Position numbers and translations under genes: made by a program. A DNA stretch of 64,000 bases from Antedon mediterranea (taxonomy: Eukaryota; Animalia; Echinodermata): positions 22,829,237-22,893,236 of the forward strand of contig NC_092672.1 in the NCBI RefSeq assembly GCF_964355755.1, read 5' to 3'. A model generated the notes under the pieces. It had not been told where the DNA came from, made no database searches, and worked only from the letters and a program-made list of their open reading frames with translations. Below are positions 31,501 through 46,500 of the stretch, one piece after another (position 1 is the stretch's first letter; every line of letters starts with the position of its first letter).

Positions 31501-34500
31501 ACCATGTTCTTAAAGAGGGTAAGCTAGTGATACAAGCCTACCCTGTTTAGTATCTAATCAGGGAATTTATTATAAAACAACCATCTTAAAGAGAGTAAGC
31601 TAGTGCTACAAGCATACCCTGTGAATTTATTATAACTAGCTGGTACGCTCGCTTCGCTCGCGTAGCCTACCATCTAGGTCGTGTCCACAGATGGTTCTCG
31701 AATACACAGTAATTTCAGCGTAAAAAAACTGCCCGATTTCAAATGTACGTACCGCAGGACTATAGTACATTGTCGTTTACAGAAACGAATAAATAGACAC
31801 GATGATTTATGTAAAATTAGCACCCTGGGAATTAGGCCTTGTCTTAAAAAAATCCAAATTTTTTATTTGAACTCATTTAAACAAACCCAATTTGTGTTTT
31901 GTATATAACATTAGAGTTGAGGGATGGGAAGAGGATGGGAAGAACAATTTTAAAATATATTCTCTATCCACTTAGTAACGAAATATTGTTTTAAATGTTG
32001 TATAGGCCTATTAATAATATACCACTAAACACAGTAAAACATTTACGATTTATAATACTTTTTTAAAACTGTCCCTGTTATAGTCGATTGAAATAGTAAA
32101 GTCCATGTAACGATACACCACTACAACGTTTTTATTTTTTATAATTATTAATTAATACAAACGTTGAAAAACAACTGTCAGTAATCTACCCACAGTCACA
32201 GTAATAAATGTTCTTTGTATATTTTGTTTGTAAATCAAACAGTAACCACATTCACAGTAAGACAATTTCTATTCAAATGGCGACCAAAAATGGTTAATAC
32301 ATACAGTATTTATAATAATATTATTTTCAAAGTATTGCAATACTATATATAAATCTTATTCTCCAAGGCCCATAAATTTATCCACTTGTGTTAAACTGAG
32401 GGCTCATAAATTTACCTACAAACTGGGAGATTGGAATGTTCCATTCATCGCAAATCAATACATTTGCATAAGCGTATATTAAATCTATCAAAATAGTATT
32501 TTTTAAAGAAAATCGGCCTGTCTTCAACATTATGATGATGTACTCTAGCTGTTCAACCGGTTTTCAGCTATTAAAAACAATTATCGTAGGAGGAGATAGG
32601 AAAATGCGAAGCCTCCTCGCATTTTTGTGGCGGGTATTTTTCAAGATGGACATCCATTAGACAGTATATACCACGATCGGAAAACACCCCTATTTGGGGA
32701 AAATCGTTGAACCTAAATTCGTTTTAATCGTCAATAACTAATTATCTAACTTAATTTAATTAGTAAACAGGGTTACATCAGTTGGTTAAAATCAGTACCG
32801 AAAGTACGAATTACCGAATTTTGCCCTTACGTAAATTTATATATAGATACAACCATCTTAAAGAGAGTAAGCTAGTGCTACAAGCATACCCTAGTATCAG
32901 TGAATTTATTATAATAAAACCATATTTTTTATGCCTGCCATAACACAGTTGGTAATTAAATTGTCAGCAGGATGTAACAGAACATCAATTTAACATTCTT
33001 TTTTTAATCAATATTTTTAAACCTATGATTATGATTTCTTTCCATGATGAAAACAAGGACAATGCAATATTGGCATCGCAAAATAAGGTAAGGAACAGTT
33101 GCAGAATTCTTTAGAACAATTTCTTTAGATGTGATTGCTATATATATGGAATTATTTTAAAAGTTTGTGTCACAATACAGCATCACATTTTTCCTATGAT
33201 ACAGATACATAATAATTATGATGCTGTAATATAATTTTTATCTAAAATATTTAACAAATTGTAGAATTACAAGAACAAACATGGTTTTCTCAGTTTAGTA
33301 ATAACAACGAATTATTAATTGTTCTGATGTAATTGTTCTAATTAATGTGCGACTGATATTCAGTTACTGGTATTTGAGTTCTAAATCTCTTTTTCTCACT
33401 CTTACTCAATATTCCTACATACATTCACTTAATACATTTCCTAAGGTTCAACAACACCAAAGCACACCCTATAGTATCAGTGAATATAATGCAGGAATCT
33501 GTAATCAATATTTGTATACTTCATGTAAACGTTTGATTTCATTCTTCTATTTGTCAGACTTTTTTAGTATTTTGCATTCGTTATTATAACGTTTTTTCTG
33601 TGTCTTTATGTAACGTAATTTCTTATAAACTGCAATGTTAAAAAATAATATTTTAAAATCGTTTTGAAAATATGATCACAACTGTCCTGAAAATTGGTAA
33701 TTATTTTGTTATATATAACGTTCTGTAAACGTTTTGATGCAACGTTGTTCGATTATAAAATTTATTTCTACACAGAAACGTTAAAAAAACGTTTTTAAAA
33801 TGTTTTAGAAAAACCAAGCCTTAAAAAACCCAAATGCAAACGTTTCGATTACGTTTTACAAACGTTCTGTGTTTGCTGAGATGTAGCTGGGGTCCCGTTA
33901 GGCATTTGAAATCAGCATTGCTGACTCTTATGGCAGCCCTTGCATCTAGTATCTGCCTCAGACGTATTGGCCTATGCCTTTCCTCTGGTCGAGGTGGGCA
34001 CTGGACGTGAGAAGCCCTTGATCAATGTTAGGATCAATCAAGGTGCTTCAATCAGTCCTGGCTTTGTTTGTATCAAACCTGTTAGGGCCGGTAATTATCG
34101 CTGTTGGTTTCGATTAAATAAAATAAATTTTTTTAAAAATTAATAATAATCACAATAACCAAACAAATAAAGCAAACCATCTTCCCAAAGATGACAATTA
34201 AAGTGATTGTGTTGGAAAGATGTTAAATATTTACTGTTTTAAGATAGTTAAAACAAATTATTTTTTCACATGTGAATTATGGAATTATTTTGAAGGATAG
34301 GATAAATACACCATCACATTTTACATTTTTTTTCTGTGCCTACCATCACAGTGACCAATTTTTTTATTTTTTATTATTAAGAAAGAAAACAAATCAAATA
34401 GTTTATTCATATCGATATTGCAAAATTATATTACAACTCTTTATAGAGTATTAAAAAACTCATTTTCTGTGTGATCTATTAATCAATTCCTCTTGTTGAC

Positions 34501-37500
34501 TTTTTTGGTCATTTTTAGATTTTATTTTGCATGTTTTATGCACACATTATGTTTGTGAACAAGCTCCATTACAAAAATGATTTTATTATTATTATTATAT
34601 TATAACTTTATTATCAGGGTTCTTTTATTTTTGAATGAATCCCAAAAGTTTGAGATCTGTCAGTCTTTATAGTGTAAGAGCTGGGGTTAAGACAGAGCTA
34701 AAATCCTCTGGATAGGAAATAGGGTAGTAGAAACTCTTGAGATGGTGAAAAATGTTTGTAGAGCAAAGTTTCTAATGGAATTTTTATTTTATGACCCGAC
34801 CCCCCCCCCCCACCCCCAACTAAAAAAAAGTTTTAGATTACATCGTTCTTCTTGAGTTTGAAGCATGGCCTCCTGAGCTCAATTTGATTCTTTCAAAGTT
34901 AAAATAATATATATACTAAAAGGAAAATATTATGTGTTACTAAGTCACATATCCATGGTGATTGTGATGACAGGCCCAGACTCTATACTATACCTGATAT
35001 TACGATACCATCTGAATTAAATATTCAGCCAGTGTGCAAAAACTTCTGGATACTATTTAAGTTGATTATCAATGAAGCATTCCTATAATGCTAACACCTT
35101 TTTTATGTTTATTATATAATGCTTTGTTTTTTATATACACATTATTATACATGGATAAAAAGGTTAAAGAATAAACGAAAAAAGAAAGAAAAGGGGAGAA
35201 TTATATTCGATAATAACAATTTAAACAGATTATAAAGATGCAGTATTTAGAACAACAACACATATTGCGGATTGAATTGTGTCTTGTTGTGAATGAATTA
35301 TTGTTGGTCTTTATTTTGAATATTATATTGATAAAGATATACAATAATTACGAAAAAAGGAGGATTATATTGGATAACAATGATCAAATAGATTATGAAG
35401 ATTGTAGATTTAGGACAACTACTGTATTACATACCGTATTACTGATTAACTTGTATTAATAATGTCATTGAATGAATGAACAACAGTGCTGGTTCAAGCC
35501 ACAAAAGAGAAAAAAAAAAGACAGTGCTAGAACCCTAGTGAATTTAACATCGTGTATAAAGCAATGAAAGAGTATAAGAGCATGATGTCAATACAGAGAA
35601 GAGATTAGTGGCTTTCTGTAGTTTGCAACGCCCTTTTCATTAATTGGGTACGCTGTGTGTTAATAGAGCATTGTCACACATTGCATACAAAAACAAGTCA
35701 TGATATTTATTTTATGCTCACAAAACTGAATTCAGAAGAACATCAAGCATATATTTCTAAATAAAACTGAAACAAAATGAATTAGTAGTTTCTATAATTA
35801 TTAAATTGAATTATGAAGAACATCAAACATATATTTCTGAACAAAACTGAAAAAAGGCAGTTTCTCTAATTATTAAATTGCTTTAAAAAATAATTTGGGA
35901 TTTACACTACCCATCTGAATACACCTTAATCTGAATACCTTATCCAACATGATTACAGTGTTTAAACAGCGAATAATACTATGCCTTTGTAGTTTCATTC
36001 CATAAAAACTACAATAGTAGCATTATCGTATAACCTATAATTATAACCTACCACTTTTTTAAATAGAATAAACCAAATGCTATCGTCTCTTTTTAAAACT
36101 ATTTAATACACAATAACATCTACCCGTCTATGATAGTGCAGCGTGTCAATCACAGCTAAAGACACCAGTTGTACACCTTTGTGTCTTATTATCCAATGCA
36201 TTTAAACACAATGCTGCTCACACACCACCTTTATTATTCTACTTGAGTTTGCTAGATCATCATATAAAAGTGCATTATGATGAGATCAGATTGTTTTTAT
36301 ATAATTGTCCTTTATTAATAATTATAATATTGACAACCATTCTGATGTTTGTTCATGGTTGTGCAGAACCATGATAAATACAATTGTCACAGCTTGAATA
36401 ATAACATGGAGAAAATTAAATGAAAACCTTCCTCAATAATATTTCTCTGCTCAAATGCTGGTTTGTAATGAGTTTTTAATATTAAATGTGTCTATATAAT
36501 TTATTGTTTGTTAAGTAGGTCTTTTACCACACTGATGTTTAATGTGAAATGGTTAAATGTATTCAGAGTGAGATCTGCCAATGTAAATTATCTTAATTAA
36601 AACTTTCTGATTTTGATTTTATTTGCATTATGGCTACTCATACATGCTGATTGCCTTTTTAACCCTCTTTCATATTGACTATTCTTGTTATTGTACAATT
36701 TACAATTTTGTTTTAGTTTACTTAATTCACTGAAATCTGTTCGTCTGTAGGGCTCACACAAAGACGGGTGCTGATGCTAGTAATTTATATGATCAGATCA
36801 TTTGATATCTGCTGCTGCAGTTGAGATTCATACACTTTAAAGTTCAGTTTGATTTAATGTGATCACATCATTTCCCTATTATCATTTGATTTATAATTTT
36901 AGTTGTTAATTTTGTTGTTGTCGTCGTTGTGGTTTATACAGTATTTGTGAAACTAAACAAGATGAACGGATTAAAGAATAAAACATCTTACAATGTTTCT
37001 ATGTTGTGCAGTCAAGATAAACTCTTTTCAGTTCAATATTATAGTAACTATTTTTATCAAGAAAGAGACCATGCCCCGCTCTAAATAGAGATGCGGTTAT
37101 GTTGGGGAGACAGAAAGAAAACTTTCCAACATTTATGAAGCTCATCTGAAAACACTGTTTTCATCAAGATCAAATATGCATAAGTTAGAACTCAGAATTA
37201 GAATGCTCAGGATATTAATCACTGAAATATTTATTAATGAATACAAATGTTGTTGAATTGTGTTATCTTAATGTCTACTACCAACCTTCATTTAAAATCA
37301 ATATTTTTTTTAGGTAGATCAAGATCAAATATAGTTCTGACTTGTTAATGGTCACATGCCAGTATAGTTTATTGGTCTTGCCAGTGATAATGACAAAATA
37401 TTTATTATTTTGGTCTACTATTACAGTAACACTTTTTATCAATTAATGATACTGTATAACATATCAGTGCAACCTCCAATATTGTATTTTAAAAAATGAA

Positions 37501-40500
37501 CAAAAATATATATATATTGTTTTTTTATATTGGAACTGAGAAAGGCATATATTCCTGATCTAAAATTATTTTCACTTTGGGATATTTTTGTAAATTACAA
37601 CTTTCATAAAAAAATATCATTAAAAAAAAGACAACATTGTATGTCTGAACATAGTATAAATATGCACATGGTATAAATATATAATTTGTAAAATGCATCA
37701 GAGGTCGTACATTTACAAAATAAAAAGAAAAAAAGGAATTTACATATTTATTTTTATACAGAGGTAAGTGAGTGCCACTAGCCTTAGTCAGTGTAACTCT
37801 ATAAATGAGTTAGGAATAAAATTGTCATGTGACAGAATACCAATGTAACATTTTTTCTTTAATCAGTATTTTAAAACCTGATGATTATAATCTCTTTCCA
37901 GGATGGAAACACTCCACTACATGCACATCTGGCTCGTAGATATAAGGATCCTACATTAGAAATGGTGACCTGTCTCATAAATAAGGGGGCATCGGTGACA
38001 TCACAAAATAAGGTAATATATATACAGACAATTTTCAGTAATACTGTATGGCAACAATCTTTCACCTACTCTAGTAAATTATTCTATTCTTTTTTTTTCT
38101 TTTTTTATATCTGGTTAATCATATAATTAATAATAATGATAATTATTATTAAATTGTGTGATTTTTGGTAGACCTATTTAAAAAACCATTCCTTCAAAGA
38201 TGACAATATCTACTATCACAGCGATTTTAAACTGATAGGAAGATTGTGGGTTGTATAATTTATGCTGAGATTGGACCTATCGGATATTTTGACGACATGA
38301 AGTATATGGCAGTGGGTAGAGATAATGTGCCCGGCTTCATAAGTTATTTAATAAGGGCGTTTAATCCTATAACCTATGCTTCATTATTATACTCTGTAGC
38401 CATCTGTATTTCAATACTGATCTACACATGCGCACAGCTCGAATCTGAATTAAATGAAAGAAAGAATATTTTCCATAATTTGTTATCCAATGAACCATAT
38501 TTTTTTTTAACTTTCCTAGATTTTGTCCCAATTCAATCTGTTTCATAAGTAAATGTTATTTTTTGAACAGATGTCAGGATTCTCAATGTGTAATTCAATC
38601 TAGAAATTGACATTGAAATCTAAATCATTCAGTTAAATAACTTATAAAGAGCAGACCTCCCAACTATGCTGATAATGGCGAAAGCAATTTTGAATATACT
38701 GATATTTCTAATCTCTATTAAGAATCTAAATAAGAAGAAAAAGAAAATATGCTAAATATTCGCACAACGTTAGTAATAAATTCATGTATTGTTTAATAAT
38801 TAAAATATTTGTATTTTCCGCCATTTGGCATACCCATATTTACTATTATAAATACCAAAACCTTTACATTTTTAGTAGCGCCCTTTATGGTCTAATGTAT
38901 TTTTCAAAATATTATAGCGCCCTGTATAGTTTGGACATGATTTCATAAAACCTCCCAATGTATCATTTGATTTGTTGAGAGGTGACAAACTTATAACAGC
39001 CGATTATATAAACTGAATAAAAATGTACCGTATTTTACTTTACTGTTAGTGTATTGTCAGTTATAGGCCTTTTGCTTATTTCATAAGACAATACACATTA
39101 AACAATGATTCGATAAAGATTGAAATGTTGAATCATGAATTCCCTAATATTATTGTTGTTGTTGTTGGTGCCTTTGCCGCACCCAACATTTCCAGAAAAA
39201 AGGTGACTATTTTTAGACAAAAATCACTCAAGCGTGACTTGTGTTTTTCACATGGTAATACATGAAATTTGATCACTAAAATGCTTTAAATGTTGCCATT
39301 TGGGTATGAAAACATAGGGTTTGCCACAAAAATTGTAATGAATGTACTATTAGTTTAGGATATGTGAAAACATGGGTTTTATATTTTATTTGCATTCAAG
39401 TGATTGTGTTGGAAAGAGATTAACATCGTTACCATTTTAAGATAGTTAAAACAAATTATTTTATAACATGTGAATTATGGAATTATTTTTAAGGATAAGA
39501 TAAATACAGCGTCACACTTGACATTCTTCTTTCACAAAAAAAAATAATTTTTAACTTCATGATTGATTTTTGAAAGAATGCTTGTTTATACTAATAGCTA
39601 TACAACTGTTAACGTAGTAAAACCTCCAGCTAATGTAGAAACACTAACAGCTTATGTAGTAAATAAAAAGTCAACACCAGCTAATGTAGAACGTCAACAA
39701 CTAATGTAGTAACAAAAATTGCCTCACACTATCGCCAGCTAATATAGAAAATATATATTTTACAAACCTGTTTTTTTTATTTAGCTATCAGTCTATCCAC
39801 TTTTGTAAACGACCAATTTTCTAAGACGACCATACATTGTAAGCAAACATTTCTCTTAAGAGAGCGCTTTTCATAATTGACTACCTCTTGTAAGGGATCA
39901 CCTCCTCTCATAAAGGACTACTTCTTATAATCGAACACCTCTTGTAAACGACCACCTCTCTTAAAGAACACACCTCTCTTAAGTGACCACCTCTTTCAAG
40001 GGACCACAACCTCTCTCTTAAGGGACAACTTCAACCACCACAAAAGGTAGGTTCATGGTGATCCAAATATACAATTGTAGGGGTTTTCTGTCAAAACAAT
40101 TGATTAACAGTGCACTTTTATTTATTTATCAAATCCAAACATTTAAAAGCTCACTCATATTATGGGATAAAGAGGCCTACTTCCCATTATGGGGATAGTG
40201 TAGCATGTGGTGAAAATTAAACACAGGAAAGCTCACTCATATTATGGGGTAAATAGGCCTACTTCCCATTATGGGGATAGTGTAGTATGTGGTGAAAATT
40301 AAACACAGGAAAGCTCACTCATATTATGGGATAAAGAGGCCTACTTCCCATTATGGGGATAGTGTAGTATGTGGTGAAAATTAAACACAGGAAAGCTCAC
40401 TCATATTATGGGATAAAGAGGCCTACTTCCCATTATGGGGATAGTGTATTATGTGGTGAAAATTAAACACAGGAAAGCTCACTCATATTATGGGATAAAG

Positions 40501-43500
40501 AGGCCTACTTCCCATTATGGGGATAGTGTAGTATGTGGTGAAAATTAAACACAGGAGAGAATGCTATTCTTGCTTCTACATAATAAATAGATAAGTTGGT
40601 TTATCTGCCAGCAGTTTTTCTCATTGTTAGTATATTATTACTATTTACGTTTAGATTTATAGATCTTGCCTACTACAGAACAGAGGTAGTGTTTTGGATC
40701 TGGGTGTCTATCAATTAATATGTCTTTGTAAATAGCTTGTTTAAGTAAATATTTTTGTTTTTAGGAAGGAAAGACGCCTGAATCTATTGTAGAAACAAAT
40801 ATGTACATAACGAAAAAAGGAAAAAATGTGATTTTAAATTATTTTGACAGTAAGTAAAGTTTATAAATATAAATTATGCATTAATCTAAGATAGGTAAAC
40901 ACAGTGAAAAAGCTTTAGTGTGGTACAGGTGGTCATTTGAAATTATCAATGCTACTACTATAAATTTTACAAAATTGTACTACAGAAACAAACTGTAAGG
41001 TGAATATTTTTAAAGCTGGCAGACCTTATTTTTCTGGTTCATTACAAATGAATAAAACTAAATTCTCTGGATCAGCCCAATCAATAGCATAATTGATATG
41101 TATGTACATGGTTGCCACTATTTTATTATATTAATTGAGAGTTGGTTTAATATATTTGTATTAAAGATGTGTCCCCCTGAAAAAATAATTCTTAACAAAA
41201 TGTTTGTTGAATATGCCATTTTAATGTAACATAATAGTTATCCACATTTGACCAAAAATTGGATCGGAGAAAAAACTTTAATTTAAAGCAAAAAATGTTC
41301 AAATTGGCTGCCAGTCAATGGGTTTTTGGTTGAATTTAACCATTTATTTTGTCAATTTATAAGTGAAAACATTATTTTTTTTTCATTTTTTTTCCTACGG
41401 AAGTGATTATCTTTATTAAAACTACAAAATAACATATTCAAAGTCTGATTTAATTAATCTTCATTTTTCATGTTTTTGGGGGACAATACATCTTTAATAT
41501 TATTGTATTGCTGGTACTCGAACATAATTTAATATTCTTATTTCCCATGGTTCAAGTTTACCGGAGGTATTATTAAAGTTGACGATAACTCTTGTACTGT
41601 ATATGGGATGACATTTATTTTACTGTTTAATAACAAAATACTGATAATATCAAGCATTTTTAAGGCTTACAGAGGCAGAATGAGATAACAATTTATTTTT
41701 TGTCATAATAGAATTGTTAGTTCCTGCAGAGATACGTGCCAGGGGTAAACAAGCTATTAAAATATATAAAGAAGAACTTAAAACGGGTAGCATGTCTGTT
41801 GTGAATTCAAGATGTATGTTTCTGGGAAAAGAAGGTGCTGGGAAGACTAGCTGTGTAAAGGCTATGGTTGGAGAAAGGTAAGAAGTAAAATGGTATATTG
41901 TTTATATTACGGTATCTTGCTGTGTATTAACCATCAACCATTTTAGTGATCATTTTAAGATTTTAGGCATTCATAGTTTAAGCCTCTTAATAATCAGAAT
42001 GCTAAGAAATGCTTTGTGAATGGTAAGCGAAGGCATTCAGCTTTGGTAAGGGAATGTTTAATTTGAATTATTATACACTAAAGGTAACATTGCAGTATTT
42101 TAAATTATGATTCTTATTAAATAATAAAAACGTTAATTTTATTCACTTTAATTTACTTTTAATTAACTTACTATAGATGTTCTATTTATTTAAAATTTAT
42201 CAGTTGTTTTATGATTGGAATGTATATTTAAATGCAGTCTCCTTTTATGATTTAGTCATTTTATACATACTTTGTATGTGTCTAAAACGTACAATAAATG
42301 TTTAACTTTACTATACAATGTTATAATAGATTCAATTCTGCAGAACAATCCACAGATGGAATCGTTACAACCACAGTTTTTCAAGCAAAGAAGGATTGTA
42401 GTCAATGGAAAAAGATAAAAGATGTAAATGGTGAGAAAAGCAACTGAAAATGTTAAATTTTAATTATTCATAATTTTGCTATAATTTTAACTTTAATTTA
42501 TTTTTGGTAAAATAATACTAATATTTAAATAAAAACATTCTTAAATGTATAATATAATGCCATTTACACATTGGCTATACAACAAATAACAATTCAAAAT
42601 TCATTTGGCTAAGTAACCATTACGTCTTGGTCTTACATTTTCAATGAGGTGATTGAAATCACCTCAGATACCAGGAATTGGAAAATTACTGTCAATGTTC
42701 AGAATATTGCTTATCATTGTATTCCTCTCATCCCATACAACACATTGGTTTCCTAATCTAATTGTCCATTTCTTGCTTTGTATAGGTATTGACCTATCAG
42801 AGCAAATTCGTTCACATGCTTTAGGAGAAAAGGTTGATAAAAGGTTACAAGAAGGTAGGTACAGACTAATAAAGCTTTTATAACATTTAAATCTGCATAA
42901 AAGATGTATAATGATATCGATCAGTAACACTGTTATATTGGTTTTGTTTCTGTAATTTTTTGTAGAAGGCAATGTTGGAACCTGGGCTAAATTTAAGAAT
43001 GGTATGTATAAGATGGTAAGAAGAAAAGAAAAAGTGAGTGACATAACTAGTGTATGGGACTACGCTGGTCAACTAGACTACTATATAACGCACAGGGTAT
43101 GTTTTCATTATTGTATTATAAATATCACATGTATTCTAAGAGTCATATTTAAAACAAATATTATTTTAATTGGGTTCAGAAATAATAAAATTTGAAGTTC
43201 TTAAATACTAATAGACCTTTTGTATTGATTAATTGTTGATTAAAATAAGAAGAACAGACTTTCCTTTTCTTTTTACATGATGTGTTCTTATGGTATTTTG
43301 CCAAGAACATTTTTAACAGGGTTATTTTATCAATGTGCAACTTTTTTTTTAGACTATGCTATGTTTTTGTTGGTTTTTCTAGTTCCATTGATCTTACATG
43401 TTTCAATTACTGATTTTTTTTTATCACAAGTTTTCATATAAAACACCACCAGGGGCTGATCCAGGGGAGGGGACCACAGGGCATTTGTACCTGTCAATAT

Positions 43501-46500
43501 TGTCAACAGTAAAAAGAGAGGGCGGAGTGGAGTAGATGTGGGAATGAGAAGGTTAAATATATTATTTAAACATCGTCAGTAAACAAATTAAAACAACCTC
43601 AGAATACCATACCTCCACCAATTATACCAGGCCTTTCTTTCTTTCTCTTTTGTTCTTATTTCATGCAATAATGCGATGTTGAATAAAGATCAATAGGTGA
43701 TCTACAATAAACAATGCTAAAATAAATACTTTACACATACTAATTCACAATCTAAATACAACAAATACTATTCCTGATCTAAAAAGGAAGAAGGTCGTAA
43801 GACTCAATAATAAATGCAAATCACTATCCAAATGAAAAAGTAAACAGAGAGGTATCACTTTTGAAATAATATCAACAATTAAATAAGTAGTATTACTGTG
43901 ATGGTATTTAATGAAATTGTATTAAATCGTAATTTACACTTACAACATTTATATTGTTTGTTTCAATCTATGCATAAGTGTTTTTATGATTAAAATCAAT
44001 GTATGCAGAGAAAATGTGATTTTAAAACTGTCCTAAAATCCCACTGAGCCGAATTCCACTCGTTCAAAACATCATCGGAAAACATATATCAATGAAATAT
44101 ACACTATATTTTAACACATAAAACAATGAATTGTACAAGTTAAACTTGAGAAGGAATTCTTTTTCGTTTAGAGTTGTACTTTTGTGGAATGGTCTTTCTG
44201 ACTATGTTGTTTCAGCTAGTTCTTTAAATTTGTTCAAAAATAGACTAAATGAGGCTTGGATAAACCATCCATTAAAGTTCACACCGTTTGTACAATATGA
44301 CATGATAACTGCGAGGGGCTTACAAGCAATATGCTTCGCCTCAATTTCCCTCTATTCATACGACTACAAGGGATTACAAGTAAACAAGTAAAAGTCATTG
44401 TAATCAAAAAAGCTTTGAATTTAACTGCAAAAAAACACAATTTCCAACCAAAAATTGTATATTTTTTAATACTTAAAGAACTTGAACCGATACTTGGATT
44501 TCAGTCATTTAAATTGCAAAATGATAAACATTAATTTTTTTTTTGGTTAACTGAAAGAAAAGTGAAATGATTAATAAATGACTAAACTTGACCTACACGC
44601 ATGCACCAGTGACCTCCTGCGAGGTGAACAATGGTTGTGTAAATTCCATTTGATGTAGTACACGCACCCCTCTTGTAAGAATTACAACATGTATCAATGC
44701 AAGCTGAACGATGGTGGAAAAACATGCATCCCTCTCCCTGTTCCTGCCTGCATTAATGGTATCTGTTCCGATTTACAATCATATTGTTATGTATCACTCT
44801 GGCCTAGTCAATGACGACAATACGACAGGCTCATGTGTATACCAACAATGAAATTGCGCTATATTTAGACATTGACAGGGTTTGCTCACAAGTAGGTTAG
44901 ACCTATTAGCCAATGTTTTTGAAATGATCATGACAACATAACATACATACATAGCAATACACATCATGTCAAGTTAGTTCCCACAACATAGGAACCACAG
45001 TCCTTGTAGGGGTCTGGTATCACAGTGTATAAGACATACATAGCAATACACATCATGTCAAGTTAGTTCCCACAACATAGGAACCACAGTCCTGGTAAGG
45101 GTCTGGTATCACAGTGTAAAAAACATACATAGCAATACACATCATGTTAAGTTAGTTCCCACAACATAGGAACCACAGTCCTGGTAAGGGTCTGGTATCA
45201 CAGTGTAAAAAACATACATAGCAATACACATCATGTCAAGTTAGTTCCCACAACATAGGAACCACAGTCCTGGTAGGGGTCTGGTATCACAGTGTAAAAA
45301 ACATACATAGCAATACACATCATGTTAAGTTAGTTCCCACAACATAGGAACCACAGTCCTGGTAAGGGTCTGGTATCACAGTGTATAAAACATACATAGC
45401 AATACACATCATGTCAAGTTAGTTCCCGCAACATAGGAACCACAGTCCTGGTAAGGGTCTGGTATTACAGTGTAAAAAACATACATAGCAATACACATCA
45501 TGTCAAGTTAGTTCCTGCAACATAGGAACCACAGTCCTGGTAAGGGTCTGGTATCACAGTGTAAAAAACATACATAGTAATACACATCATGTCAAGTTAG
45601 TTCCAACAACATAGGAACCACAGTCCTGGTAGGGGTCTGGTATCACAGTGTATAAAACATACATAGCAATACACATGTCAAGTTAGTTCCCGCAACATAG
45701 GAACCACAGTCCTGGTAAGGGTCTGGTATCACAGTGTAAAAAACATACATAGCAATACACATGTCAAGTTAGTTCCCGCAACATAGGAACCACAGTCCTG
45801 GTAAGGGTCTGGTATTACAGTGTAAAAAACATACATAGCAATACACATGTCAAGTTAGTTCCCGCAACATAGGAACCACAGTCCTGGTAGGGGTCTGGTA
45901 TCACAGTGTAAAAAACATACATAGCAATACACATCATGTCAAGTTAGTTCCCACAACATAGGAACCACAGTCCTGGTAGGGGTCTGGTATCACAGTGTAA
46001 AAAACATACATAGCAATACACATCATGTCAAGTTAGTTCCCACAACATAGGAACCACAGTCCTGGTAAGGGTCTGGTATCACAGTGTATAAAACATACAT
46101 AGTAATACACATCATGTCAAGTTAGTTCCCACAACATAGGAATCACAGTCCTGGTAGGGGTCTGGTATCACAGTGTAAAAAACATACATAGCAATACACA
46201 TCATGTCAAGTTAGTTCCCACAACATAGGAACCACAGTCCTGGTAAGGGTCTGGTATTACAGTGTATAAAACATACATAGCAATACACATCATGTCAAGT
46301 TAGTTCCCACAACATAGGAATCACAGTCCTGGTAGGGGTCTGGTATCACAGTGTAAAAAACATACATAGTAATACACATCATGTCAAGTTAGTTCCCGCA
46401 ACATAGGAACCACAGTCCTGGTAGGGGTCTGGTATCACAGTGTAAAAAACATACATAGCAATACACATCATGTCAAGTTAGTTCCCACAACATAGGAACC

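Noticed and set aside
40146-40556. CRISPR-like palindromic repeats
   Set aside because: The whole 82-bp unit repeats, so there are no variable spacers.
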